A DNA stretch of 64,000 bases from Octopus sinensis. Lineage: Eukaryota. The DNA lies in contig NC_043009.1 of NCBI RefSeq assembly GCF_006345805.1, positions 21,452,001 through 21,516,000 on the forward strand, read 5' to 3'. This document shows, piece by piece, positions 12,356 to 26,400 of this stretch. The translations under genes were made by a program, and so were the position numbers. Every line of letters begins with the position of its first letter. Within the stretch, counting starts at the first letter, position 1. Under the pieces are notes generated by a model. That model saw only the letters and a list, made by a program, of their open reading frames with translations. It made no database searches and was not told where the DNA came from.

Positions 12356-13189
12356 TATATATGTATATATATAATATGTATAAAAAACATTACGTTACAT
12401 AATTAGAGTTGAGTAAAAAAATTTTCTTTACCACACACCGAACTTTTAGAAATAGCAGCCAAAAAGTTTAGCTATTTCGTCTAGTATAAGAAAAGTCTCC
12501 CAGAAAATGTATACTCAAAAATAATTCACGTAGGTGTAGAGGGGAAAAATAACGTAAGGTCACACGTACATCGATTACGTTTCTGGATTAGTTGGATATA
12601 GAGATCAACATTTCCGTCATTTTTAGGTTTGAATTTGAGAGCACTAAAAATCGAACATACCCGTCTGATATGAGTAATCCCAGACATATCATCTTCGACT
12701 GCCAGTAGTAACGAATTCTAAAAGTACGAATGGGGCTACGCATCCTTCCCCGTCGCCCACGTGAGTTATAGAGCAACACATCGCTACAGAGAGATCTGCA
12801 GTTTATTATCAGGGAGAGAGAATTATATTGTCAATAATAAAAGGATAAAATTAATTAATAATTTTACCAAGTAGTGTTCAGTATGTAAAAAGACCATTTA
12901 CGGTATATACATTACGTTACATAATTAGGGTTCATTAAAAAAATTTACTTTACCACACACCGAACTTTTAGAAATAGCAGCCAAAAAATTTAGCTATTTC
13001 CTCTACTATAAGAAAAGTCTCCCAGACAATGTATACTGAAAAATAATTCACGCAGGTATAGAGGGAAAAATTACGAAAAATGGTCTTTTTACATACTGAA
13101 CACTACTTGGTAAAATTATACATGTGTGTATGTATATGTATATATATATATGTGTGTGTGTATATATATATATATTTATGTATGTATAC

Positions 13190-13850
13190 GTATAATGGAG
13201 CCACCTCTATGAACATACAAATAGTGAGCGGTGTTCCACAGGATACTGTCTTGGGACCACTGCTTTTTATAGTGGCCTTCTCATATATTCCGTCAAGTGC
13301 CCGGATAGCCACCCTTGCAAGCTGTGCAGACGATACGAAAGTCTCTCAGAAAATACAGAAGCCCAGCGATGTTGCACATGTGTAGCAAGAATTGCACTGA
13401 ATTTACAGATGGGCTGAGGATAATGATATGCAGCTTAATGCTGAAAAATTCCAAGTGTTGCACTACCAGCATCCAAAACTAAATATGAAACTTACAGGGT
13501 TCACTGGTCCACAGGGAATTTCAATCCCAGAACCTAAATCAGTGAGGGACCTGGGTATAGACATGAGTGAGGATATCTCTTTCCAAGTGCACATTACCAG
13601 AGTGTTGACAAAGTGCAGACGACTGGCTGGATGGATCCTTAGAACATTCAGAACCAGAGATATGATGGTCCTCTGGATTACTGCTTACAGCTATGGTCAG
13701 TCACGTTTGAAATTAACAGCAGACCTTGAAGCAATCCAGAGAAGATTCACAAAGAAGATCATCTCTTTGCAACAGCTCAGCTACTAAGAAAGGTTGAAAC
13801 TGCTAAGACTACTCCCTGGAGAGGTATGCAGTAATATACATCTGGAAGAT
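13190..13850 (+). mobile_element. CR1-clade LINE RT fragment
   Basis: SGVPQDTVLGPLLFI...CADDTKV and MQLNAEKFQVLHY...VRDLGIDM. Same family as 54128-55298 and 59776-62255. Confidence 0.9.
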
Positions 13851-14859
13851 GTATATTTTGTATATATATGATATATATATTTGTGTTTGTGGATATATTT
13901 ATATGTGTGCAAGGTGTGTGTCTTCGTGTACGTTGGGCGTTTGTACGAGTGCGCGTGTGTATCTATATGTATGTATTTTTGTATGTATGCATACATGTAT
14001 GTGTCTTAGCGTGAGGTTTAGTGTTAGGGCTATAGGGTTCGGCGTCTCTTCGTCTTCTTTCTTGCTCGTCTTATATCTGCTACTTGTCGCCTCCATCTCT
14101 GAATATTAGCTGTATGTCGTCGATGGCAGTGTGCAACCTCAAAGTGGAATGCCTCTTGGACATCGCGATGTTCTTCTGTGTCGGAGGACGAGGAGATACG
14201 CCTTGACACCATGGGCGACTTCAAGTTAGACATGAAGGTGCTCCAAAGTACGTCGAGGCAAAAGAAAGTGGACAACGCTGCGCCAGCTGTCTCATGGGCC
14301 TCAGCACTACCCAGTTCTTATAAGAACTAGGAGTGGCAACGCGCAGTAAATAAATCCGAGAAACTCCATGATATACTCACCGCAAACCCCTGCAGTCACT
14401 ACTGAAAAAAAGATTGAACACGTCATTGTACAGGAACGCATGCGGAAATGCTCCGCCTACAACCACAAATACCTAGGTGTGATACAGGTATCACTATGAT
14501 AACACCGTCCTCATCGGCAGGTTCTAACCAACGCAGCTGACACAGAAGACCACACTTCTGCATTATTCAACAGCTTATGGCTTCTGGTCGACCTACCTAA
14601 CGAATCCTCTTCCCAACCTTCAATTGTTGACCACCAATATATAATGAACACTGTTATTCGTGGGAAAAAAGTTCTTCCGCTCCCCATCCTTTCATTCAAG
14701 CCGACACACCTGCCACGAAAGCATCGGGTTTCGCTACCTCCCTCTCACGACCAACCCAAGTTATCTGTCACAACGCTATGGCAGACACTGGATGCCATTC
14801 GGGCTTGGTTGGACGATGTAGATAGGAAACGATTCAATGTATCCATCAGAAAAAGACAG

Positions 14860-16190
14860 ATCCTAACCTATTTAATCCTTCTGGTGGCCTACGGCACCCC
14901 AAAATTAAATTCAAATAATTGTCATGGCAAGAGTTGTGTTAAAGGAAGGAATTTGAAGTCAAGGCAAGAGTTGTGTTTCTTGTTGCTAAAGGGAAGTAAT
15001 TTAAAGGAATGTTAGTTGTGAGAGTTACTTACCTTCGAGTGGGTTTTATATTTTGGGATTTTGAGTTATATTTTTGCCTTAAAATATCGTAAATGTGTCT
15101 TAAATTAGGTAGGTATGGACGTAATAGTATGGAAGTGAAATCGACTTCGACGAACACATATATATAGATGTATCTGCATATGAGTGTGCAGGAAGGTGTA
15201 TGTATGCATATGCTTCTGTGTGTTGGGCGCTGCATACACGCGCTTGTGTGTAAATTTACGGTTAGGACTACTTGTCTATTTGCCTTCTTTCTATTTCATG
15301 TTTTAAGAGTTTTATATGTTTTCAGTATCTTTTGTGAGTGCTTTGTGCGTGTATTGTGTTTTTCGGTGTGTGCTCTAAGTGTGCTTTCTGTATGTTTTGT
15401 GTATGATTTGTGTGGTTTTATTTGTACTTTGTGTGTTTTGTTTGTTTTTGATTCTTTTGAGTGGCTTTTGTTGTATGCGTTTTCTTAGTTTTGTGTGATT
15501 TCTGTTTTTTATGGGTTTCTTTGTGCTTTGTGTGAGCTTTGGGTATTTTTTTTGTGTTTTGTGTGTTCTTCGTGTATGTTTGTGTGTTTTTAGTTTGTTT
15601 TGCGTATTTTTTTGTGTTTTCTGTTTCGTTCGGTTGGCTTATATTTTGGTGTGTGTATTCTCAGTTTTATGTCTTTTACGTCTCTTTTGTGAATGTTTAG
15701 TGTGTATCCTGTAAGTTTTTGTGTTTTGTGAATTTTGTGCGTCATGTGTTTTGTTCTTTTGTGTGGCTTTGTATGTGTTTTGTGTGCTTTTTGTATGCTT
15801 TTGTTTAAATTGTGTTTTGCGGGTATTTTTTGTGTGATTTACGTGCGTTGTCAGTGTTTAGTGTTTTATATTTTTGTGTTTCGTATCTTTGGTGAGTGTT
15901 TTTGTGTATTTAGGTTGTTTTGTGTGTTTCGTATTTGTTCTCTGTGGTTTTGTTTGTGCTTTCTGTGTATGTTGTGTGTCTTGAGTGTGTTTTGCCTGTC
16001 TTTCTAGTATGACTTTTTGTGTGCTTTTTCTTTTTGTCTTGTATGTCTTGTGTTTGTTTTGAGAGGTTTTATAAGTATTTGCTTCTTCCGCGTGTATTTC
16101 GTCTGTTTTCTCTGTGCTCTGTGTCTGTTTTTCGTGTGCTTCGTGTGTGTTATGTGTATTTCGTGTGTGCTTTGTCTGGATGACGTCAGC
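14860..16190. repeat. Interspersed element with a long GT-rich low-complexity tract
   Basis: 14860-15150 is the reverse complement of the units at 28590-29795. The segment from 15130 into the GT tract is the reverse complement of 27896-28420. Confidence 0.75.
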
Positions 16191-16560
16191 AGCTGGACAT
16201 CAGCAGCCGGGTGAGTTGACCGGAAGCTGGGGCAAACGGAAGGGATAGGCTGGCAGGCGTGCGCAGGGAGCGGGGGAATTGCGCCTTTTCCAACGTGAGT
16301 CGTGCAGGTGACAAGACGTGTGAGGACGTCGCGAAGGGTTTGGGCTAGCAGCTGCTAACGTCAGTGTTAGGGTCGGCGCTGTGTGGAAGGTCTACTCACC
16401 ATTGGAGGGTCTCCGTCACTAAGAAGAGAAGGTAGGTGCCTCTATATTCAAATCGCGCACTATATTGGATCGTCGAGTGAGCCGCTGTAATAAATTGTCG
16501 TTAAAACAAAAATGCCGGTGAAACATAACAAACACCGGCCAAACATGGCAGATACGTTAC
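16190..16560. promoter_or_regulatory. CpG-rich promoter-like island
   Basis: Abruptly GC- and CpG-rich against an AT-rich background. Contains TGACGTCA (CRE-like), CCGGAAG (ETS-like), TGCGCA (NRF1-like) and AACATGGC (YY1-like). Confidence 0.6.
16400..16432 (-). other. Candidate TOP-type first exon ending in ATG
   Basis: Minus strand reads CCTTCTCTTCTTAGTGACGGAGACCCTCCAATG|GTGAGTAG: pyrimidine start, ATG at 16402-16400, and a strong donor. No downstream exon was identified. Confidence 0.45.
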
Positions 16561-17149
16561 AGAACCAACAAATTGTGGCTGTTTGTTACCCTGCGCTGGC
16601 CCCTGTGCCGGTAACACGTAAAACAACACTTATGGACTAGTTGGCGTTAGGAACGGCATCCATCTGTAGAAACACTGCCAAATCAGACTATAGCCTTACC
16701 AGACTCCGGTTCAACCATGAATGGGAGAAAGAGTGAAGACCAGCTATTTGAATTGACAGTAACGATTAAGAAAATAAAGACAGAGCAATAACTGCAGAAA
16801 TGCTCAAAATATCTGGTATTCACTATTCACTAGTATTAGATGATTTATAAAAACATGTGACATAAATATCTGTAAACATAAAACCATCCAGTTGGATGAT
16901 ATTGTGAATTAAGTTGGTGTCTAAAAGAGCAAGGTCAGTTGATTTTCTCCAGTTTCTTCACAAATGATACAGATATAGATATGAAAAGCAGTGTGCTGAT
17001 CGATGTAAGCATTGGCACAAATAAACCTTTAGTTTATATAAGAGAGTGTGACTAGACGATAAACGAAAAAGTCATACCCAATGACTGGTGAAGCATCACT
17101 ATAGACCTTGCTCTAACTTCCTATTCACTATCAGAACTGTGAAGCAAGT

Positions 17150-17400
17150 GAGGGCGCACTAAAAGTCTAGCTGCTAGAATAATAATAGCCTGGGCAAAGT
17201 TCAGAGAGCTCTTATGACAGTGAAACGTCGGCAGTGACTGCTGAGGACATGCGTATTCTTGCAAGGTCATGTATCGAGTATGAATGAACCTGTGCAAGGG
17301 GAAGACCTGGGATGAAGTAATGAAGAACGATCTTTGAACGTTAGGCGTCATTTAGTCAATGACTAATGACCAAGACCGTTCCTCAAGACCAGTTGAAACA
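17150..17400 (+). mobile_element. Internally deleted RTE fragment
   Basis: gctagaataataatagcctgggcaaagttcagagagctc and gtgactgctgaggacatg closely match the element at 1-650. Confidence 0.75.
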
Positions 17401-17439
17401 ATTGAAATTGAAATGAAATTCGATGGCTTGGACTTCTGC

Positions 17440-20400
17440 CAATATGCTTAGGACATGCTTCAATACCTAGACAAAACATCCTAGATTGCATTCAGGGAAA
17501 GACCATGACATTGCTTGGCATAATATTACTCAGATACACTCCAGCCTTTAACTAGCATAACTTCCTTTATTTTGCTGATATATATTTGCATCAATTCCTT
17601 AAAATTGAATATTTTCATACCTAACTTGTTTGTCTCTCCGCTACTTCCAGACCCAGTCCTTCCACATCCTTCTGCAATACTTTTCTTGGAGATATTTGCA
17701 ACTGTTAAAACAAAACATTTATAGTAATCTCATTGGATTTCACAGGCCTACAAAGCTCCACCTTATTTTCCAGACATAGACATTGGAAACTTGAATATTT
17801 TGACACGCTGTAGTCAAAATATTACATTTGGAGTAAAATATTCCTAATGGAGCTTAATCTATGGTTTTCAGGAAAAAATAGTTTATGTTTTTCCAGATTA
17901 TTAATATCATCTTTTTCTATTTTGTACAGTTTCAAGAAATATTTTAGTTAATCCAGTTATACAAGCATAAACCTAGGCATATTTGGCCACCTGTGAACTT
18001 AGGATACTTTTTTTAAACATAGATTTTTGATATTCATATTCAACATGCAGTAAGAATGCTATTACTTCGTTATTATGATTGTTACTGGAATAAATATTAG
18101 TCTTCTTTCATCATCAGATTAACACTGCGAGATATGTTCAAAAGCGTTCTCACCTTCACCCCCTCTGTTACTATGTATTGCATATCATTTTTACACTACC
18201 CAAAGTGTCCCATATTCAGGAGATCTAAAAAATACTTTGAAATTCAAGAAAATATATATAGCAGAATCTTCTTGTATATATGTAACTATCAAGAGAAGGC
18301 CACATCAGAAAAGGGTTAATAATAAGGGATATAATGCACGGAATTACATTATATACAGGTGCTGAGTGATAGAATCCTTTAAGTAATGGATAAAAATTGG
18401 ATATAAGAAGCTCCCCTAATATCATATTGCAAACAAACATCCTAGATTGCATTCACGGAAAGACCATGACATTGCTTCGCATAATATAACTGAGACACTC
18501 CAGACTTAAATTTCTCTTTTTTGCTGAAATATATTGGCATTAGTTCCTTGTCTCTCCTTTTCCCATCACTTCCAGAGATGAGAATGTCATCCTTCTGGAA
18601 TAGTTTTCTTGGAGATATTGGCTGGAAAACGCAACTGCGAAAACAAAACATTTAGAGTAATCTCATTGGAATTTACAGGCCTACAAAATTCCACATTATT
18701 TTCCAGACACAGAAAAAAGATGAAAGAAATCCAGAAAGTGTTTAATTGGAAACTTGAATGCTATTTCTAACACGTTAAATAACCACACGCTGCAGTCAAA
18801 AGTTAAACATTTAAAGTAATCTCATTGCACTTTACAGGCCTACAAATTTCCACCTTATTTTCCAGAGAGAAAAGATAAAACAAATCCAGAAGTGTTCAAT
18901 TGGAAACTTGAATGCCTTTTCTAACATGTTAAGTAACCACACGCTGCAGTCAAAACTGAAATGTTCCTGATAGTGCTTAATCTAAGATTTTCATGACATA
19001 AAAATAGTTTGTTTTTCCAGATTATTAACATCATCTTTGTAATTTCAAGAAATATTTTAGTTAATCCAGGTGACTATACAAGCATAAATTATAATAAATT
19101 GGCATAAACTTGTACAAGCATAAACATGTGAACTATATAAGCATAAACCTGTGAACTTAGGATACTTTTTTTAAACATAAATTTTTAATACTCATAATCA
19201 TGATGCTGTAAGAATGTGGATAAAACTTGATGAATTCCAGCATTAGAATTAGAATTCCTCTATAGACTATTACGAAGAATGTATATTACATAGAAAGAAA
19301 ACCTGTTGATAGACGTACTGTTGCTGCCAAATGCCATTCAAACTTCGTAATTATCACTGTTAATGGAATAAATATTAGACTATTTTATCATCACGTTAAA
19401 AATGAGACGTACGTTCAAATGCATTCTCATCTTGACCCTTCGGTCATTATGTATCGCATATCATTATTACACCACCTAAAGTGTATCATAATTCCACTAT
19501 TCAGGAGACCTCAAAAATAATTCAGTTCTCCAAAAACTTTCAAATTCAACAGAATTTTTATAGTAGAATTTTTAGTATAGCAGAATTTTCTTATGTTTCT
19601 GACTATCAAGAGAAGAGGTGTTGCACTGAATCACGTTACATACACATTAAAATAGGGCTGCTGTGACAGAATCCTTTAAGTTGAACATAAGCTCCTCTAA
19701 TGAAACATACAGTGCAAACAAACATCCTAGATTGCATTCAGGGAAAGACGATGACATTGCTTGGCATAATATTACTCAGACACACTCCAGCATAACTTTC
19801 TCTTTTTTGCTGATATATGTTGGCATTAATTCCTTAAAATTAAATAATTTCATACAAATTCCTAACTTCTTTGCCTCTCCGCTAACCATCACTTCCAGAC
19901 ATGAGAATGCCATCTTTCTGGAATACTTTTCTTGGGGATATTGGCTGCAACAGGCAACTGTTAAAGCAAACTATATATAGTAATCTCCTTGTATTTCACA
20001 GGCCTAAAAACCTTATTTTCTAGACAAAGACAAAAACAAATAAATGATATCCAGAAGTGTTTAATTGGAAACTTGAATGCTATTTCTAACAGGTTAAGTA
20101 AACACACGCTGCAGTCAAAATATTACATTTGGAGTAAAATGTACCTGATAAAAATAAGTTTATGTTTTTCCAGGTGTATCTATTTTGTACAGTTTCAAGA
20201 GATATTTTAGTTAATCAAGGTGACTATACAAGCATAAAGCTAGGCATATTTGTAAACTTAGGATACTTATTTTAAGTTTAAAGCCATCAAAAGAAGGCCA
20301 CATAAGAAGAGGGTTATTAATAATGGATATATTGTACTGAATTACATTATATACATCACTGCAGAGTGAAAGAATCCTCTGAGTATTGGATAAAATGGTT

Positions 20401-23400
20401 TGCACAGGTTGCTCAGTTCAAATCTAATAAGGATAAATTTCGGCTCGCATACATGTCAAGAAATGTATTAAAAGTCACAGGATTGACTCTAATCATCTTT
20501 TTCTCAGGAAGAAATCAGTTTTCTTTAGACTCAAATTAATATGTTAGGATTTGCATAATGTGCCTTTGTGATTCCCTCATGTAGACTCAATGGAGGAAGA
20601 AGAAACCACCAAAATGAGGATATACAGAATGCGAAAACTGCCATGCATTCTCATCTTGAATTTTATATGTTTGTGACTATCAAGAGTTATTTATATTGCA
20701 CTGAATTACATTATATACACATTAAAATACAGGTGCTGAGTGATAGAATCCTATACAGTGTTTTTGCAAACAAACACTAGATTGCATTCAAGGAGAGACC
20801 TGGCATAATAATACTATTTTTATAACAATTCCTACCTCGTTTGCCTCTCCGCTACTGATCACTTCCAGACTACTTCCAGACATGAGAATGTCATCCTTCT
20901 GGAATACTTTTCTTGGAGATATTGGCTACAACAGGCAACTGTAAAACAAACTATATATAGTAATCGCATTGGATTTCACAGGCCTTAAAATGCTCATTTT
21001 CTAAACACAGACAAAAAACATAAATGAAATCCAGAAGTGTTTCATTGGAAACTTGAATGCTATTTCTACACACGCTGCTGTCAAAATATTACATTCGGAG
21101 TAAAATGTTCCTGATGGTGCTTAAACTATGGTTTTCATGAAAAAATAGTTCATGTTTTTCCAGATTATTACTATCATCTTTGTACAGTTTCAAGATATAT
21201 TTTACTTAATGTAGTTATACAAGCATAAACCTAGGCATATTTGGCTAACCGTAAACTTAGGATACTTTTTTTAAACATAGATTTTAAATATACATATTCA
21301 CCATGCTGCTAGAATGTGGATAAAATATACTGAATTCCAGCATCTTCCTAGCACAAAGAAATAAAACCTAGGATCAGAAAGACTAAAGTAATATCTAATG
21401 GAAATGAAAATAAGAACCTATTACTATGAGGGTTCTGCTTGATATACAAAAACGACATGTTTGTAACCATCAAAAGAAGGCCACGTAACAGGAGGTTTAT
21501 TAATGACGGATATATGGTACGGAATTAAAAAAACTGCAGCCTGATAGAATCCTTTGAGTAATGAATAAAATAGTTTGCGCTTTTTCTCAAGAAGAAATCC
21601 GTTTTGTTTAGACATGAAAATATATAGGCTCCCCTAACATTAATATGCTTAGGACATGCCTTATGTTATGGTGGTGCCTTTATGATTCCATCAATGGAGG
21701 AAGAAATGGTAGATATACTGTTGCAGCCAAATGCCATTCAAACATCCTTATTATGATTGCTACTGGAATATTAGACCTTTTTCAACATCAGATTAACACT
21801 GCATTCTCATCTTGCTTCTTCTGTTATTATGTATTGCATATCATTTTAACACTACCCAAAGTGTCCCACATTTCTCCTATTTAGATCTAAAAAATACTTC
21901 AGTCCTCCAACAATTACAACCACTCTATAAAGTTTTCATAAAAAAATCTGAAATTCAAAAGAGATTTGTATAGCAAAATTTTTAGTATAGTAGAATTTTC
22001 TCATATGTTTATGACTATCAAGAGGAGGCCACATAAGAAGAGGATTATAATTAGGGGATATATTGCACTGAATTACATTATATTCACATTAAAGTTGAGG
22101 TGCTGAGTGATAGAATCCAATAGAAGTATTGGATAAAAGTTGGACATAAGAAGCACCCCTAATACATATATAGTTTTTGCAAACAAACATCCTAGATTGA
22201 CATTGCTTTAACTAGCAGAAATTTCTCTTTTTTGACGATATATATTGGCATCAATTCCTTAAATTTGACTATTTTCATACCAATTCCTAACTTGTTTGTA
22301 TCTCCGCTACCCATCACTTCCGGACCACTTCCAGACATGAGAATGTCATCCTTCTGGAATACTTTTCTTGGAGATATTGGCTGCAACAGGCAACTGTTGA
22401 AACAAACTATTTATAGTGATCTCATTGGATTTAACAGGCTCCACCTTATTTTTTCAACAGACAAAGACAGATCAATGAATTGTTTAAATGAAAACTTAAT
22501 TGATATTTTGAATTTGAAGTAAAATGTGCCTGATGGTGCTTAATCTATGCTTTTCATGACAAAAATAGTTTATGTTTTTCCAGATTATTAATATCATCTT
22601 TATTTATCTAATTTGTAGTTTCAAGAAATATATTAGTTAATCCAGGTGACTATTCAAGCATAAACCTAAGCATATTTATCTAACTGTGAACTTAGGATAC
22701 CTATTTTAAACATAGATTTTTAATATTCATATTCAACGTTATTATGATTGTCACTGGAATAAATATTAGTCTTTTTTTATCATCAGATTAACACTGCGAG
22801 ACATGTTCAAAAGCGTTCTCACCTTCACCCCCTCTGTTATTATGTATTGCATATCATTTTGACACTACCCAAAGTGTCCCATATTTCCACTATACAGATC
22901 TAAAAAAAACTTTGAAATTCAAGAAAATTTATATAGCAGAATTTTCCTGTGTATTTGTAACTATCAAGAGAAGGCCACATATTAAGAGGGTTAATAATGA
23001 GGGATATACTGCACGGAATTACATTATATACAGGTGCTGAGTGATAGTAATGGATATAAGAAGCTCCCCTAACATAACATCCTAGATTGCATTATGTTTT
23101 GCCAGGTTATTAATATCATCTTTGTTTATCATTGCTTGAGAAAATATTACTTAGACTTAACTTTTTCTTTTCTGCTGAAATATATTGGCATCAGTTCCTT
23201 GTCTCTTCTTTTCCCATCACTTCCAGAGGTGAGAACGTCATGCTTCTGGAATGCTATTTTTCACATGTTAAGTAACCACACGCTGCAGTCAAAAATAAAA
23301 TGTGCCTGATAGTGACTAATCTAAGATTTTCATGACATAAAAATAGGTTGCTTTTCCAGATTATTAACATCATCTTTGTAGTTTCAAGAATTATTTTAGT

Positions 23401-26400
23401 TAATCCAGGTGACTATACAAGCATAAATTGGAATAAATTGGCATAAACCTGATAATCATCATGTAAGAATAAGGATAAAACATGTTGAATTAGAATTCCT
23501 CTATAAACTGTTACAAAGAATGTATATTACATAGAAATAAAACCTACAATCAGAGTAGCAATAAAGACTATAATATTTAATAGAATTGAAAATAAGACCC
23601 TACTATCAGGGTTCTATTTTATATACAAAGACGGCATGTTTGTAACCATAATAATAATAATGGATATATTGTATATACACCTGAAAATCAGTGCAGAGTG
23701 ATAGAATCCTTTCAATAATGGATAAAATGGTTTGCTCAGGTGAATTTTGGCGCACATCCACCTCAAAAAATGTTTTACCAGTCACAGGTTTGACTCTCGT
23801 TGTCTATTTCTGAGGAAGAAATCAGTTTTGTTTAGACCTGAAATTAATATGCTTAGGACATGCCTTATGTTCCTTTCTGATTCCATCATGTAGTCTCAGA
23901 ATGTACAATCTGCGATACTGTTGATAGATGTACTGTTGCTGCCAAATGCCATTCAAACTTCGTAATTATCACTGTTAATGGAATAAATATTCGACCTTTT
24001 TTATCATCAGGTTAAAAATGAGACGTATGTTCAAAAGCATTCTCATCTTGACCCTTCTGTCATTATGTATTGCACAACATTATTACACCACATAAAGTAC
24101 ATCATAATTTCACTATTCAGGAGACCTAAAAAATACTTCAGTATTCCAAAAATTCAACAGAAATTTTAGGATAGCAGAATTTTCTTATGTTTGTGACTAT
24201 CAAGAGAAGGCCACATAAGAAATGCGTTATAATTATGAGAGGTATTGCACTGAATTACATTAAATACACATTAAAACAGAGGTGCTGTGTGAGAGACCTT
24301 TACGTTGAACATAAGCTCCTCTAATGAAACATATACAGTGTTTTTGCAAACAAACATCCTAGATTGCATTCAGGGAAAGACCATGGCATAATATTACTCA
24401 CACACTCCAGACTGATAAATGTTGGCATTAATTCTTTAAAATTAAATATTTTCATACAAATTCCTAACTTGTTTGTCTCTCCGCTAACCATCACTTCCAG
24501 ACATGAGAATGTCATACTCCTAAAATACTTTCTTGGAGATATTGGCTGCAACAGGCAACTGTTAAAGCAAACTATTTATAGTAATCTAATTGGATTTTAC
24601 AGGCCTAAAAACCTTATCTTCTAGACAGACAAAAACAGATAAATGATATCCAGAAGTGTTGAATTGGAAATTTGAATGCTATTTCTAACAGGTTAAGTAA
24701 CCACACGCTGCAGTCAAAATATTACATTTGGAGTAAAATGTGCCTGATATTGTTTAATTTATCGTTTTCATGACGAATATGTTTATATTTTTCCAGGTGT
24801 ATCTATTTTGTACAGTTTCAAGAAATATTTTAGTTAATCCAGGTTACTATACAAGCATAAAGCTAGGCATATTTGTGAACTTAGGATACTTATTTTAAGT
24901 TTATAGCCATCAATAGAAGGCCAGATAAGAAGAGGGTTATTAATATTTTAACTGAATTACATTATATACATATTAAAATCAGTACAGAATGAAAGAATCC
25001 TTTGAGATAAAATGGTTTGCGCTTGTCATATCAGGTTTTTCTCATATGTTTGTGACTCTCAAGAGGAGGCCACATAAGAGATATATTGCAATGAATTGCA
25101 TTATATACAAATTAAAATGTAGGTGCTGAGTGATAGAATGCTTTAAGTATTGGATAAAAGTTGGACATAAGAATCTCCGCTAATACATATACAGTGTTTT
25201 TGCAAACAAACATCCTAGATTGCATTCAGGGAAAAACCATGCTTTAACTGGCATCAATTCCTTAAAATCGACCATTTTCATATTAATTCCTAACTTGTTT
25301 GTCTCTCCGCTATACATCACTTCCAGAACACTTCCAGACATGAGAATGTCATCCTACTGGAATACTTTTCTTGGAGATTTTTGCTGCAACAAGCAACTGT
25401 TGAAACAAACTATTTATAGTGATCTCATTGGATTTTACAGGCCTAAAAAGCTCCACCTTATTTTCTAGACACAGACAAAAACAGATAAATGAATTGTTTA
25501 ATTGGAAACATGCTGCAGTCAAAATATTAAATTTGAAGTAAAATGTGCCTGATGGTGCTTAATCTATGCTTTTCATGACAAAAATAGTTTTTTGTTTTTC
25601 CAGATTATTAATATCATCTTTGTTTATCTATTTTGTAGTTTCTATACCAGCATAAACCTAGGCATATTTATGTACCTTTGAACTTTGGATACTTATTTTA
25701 AACATAGATTTTTAATATTCATAATCAACATGCTGTAAGAATGAGGATGAAATATGCTGAATTCAAGCAACCAAGAATCAGAAAGACTCATAGTAACAAT
25801 AAAGACTAAATGTTTAATGGAAATGAAAATGAGAACCTATTACTATACAAAAAACGGCATGTTTGTAACCATCAAAATTAGGCCACATAATGAGTGGGTT
25901 ATTAATAACGGATATATTGTACTGAATTATATTGTATACACATTAAAATAAGTGCAGAATGATAGAATCTGTTGAGTTATGGATAAAATGGTTTGCGCTT
26001 GTCATACCAGGTTGCTCAGTTCAAATCATTTTAATGTGAATTTTGGCTCACATCCATCTCCGGAATGTATTAATAGTCACACGATTGACTGTCTTCGTCT
26101 TTTTCTCAGGAACAAATAGCTTTTGTTTAGACCTGAAAATATATAGGCTCCCCTAACATTAATATGCTTAGGACATGCCTTATGTTATGGTGGTGCCTTT
26201 GTGATTCCATCATGTAGTCTTCGTACAGAATGCGAAACTAATGCCATTGAAACTCCGTAATAATGATTGTTACTGGAATAAATATTAGTCTTTTTTTATC
26301 ATCAGACGTATGTTCAAAGCAATTTCATCTTCACCCCTCTGACATATTGCATATCATTATTACTCCACCCAAAGTGTATCATATTTTTACTATTCAGGAA

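Noticed and set aside
12655-12790. Minus-strand exon-like segment with good acceptor and donor (DVLLYNSRGRRGRM...)
   Set aside because: It lies within a repeat-bounded mobile-element-like structure and the peptide is unrecognised; not supportable without RNA data.
15168-16214. C/V/F/L-rich ORFs resembling membrane proteins, and K/T/Q/N-rich ORFs at 27850-28450
   Set aside because: Produced by the GT-rich low-complexity tract and its inverted CA-rich homologue.
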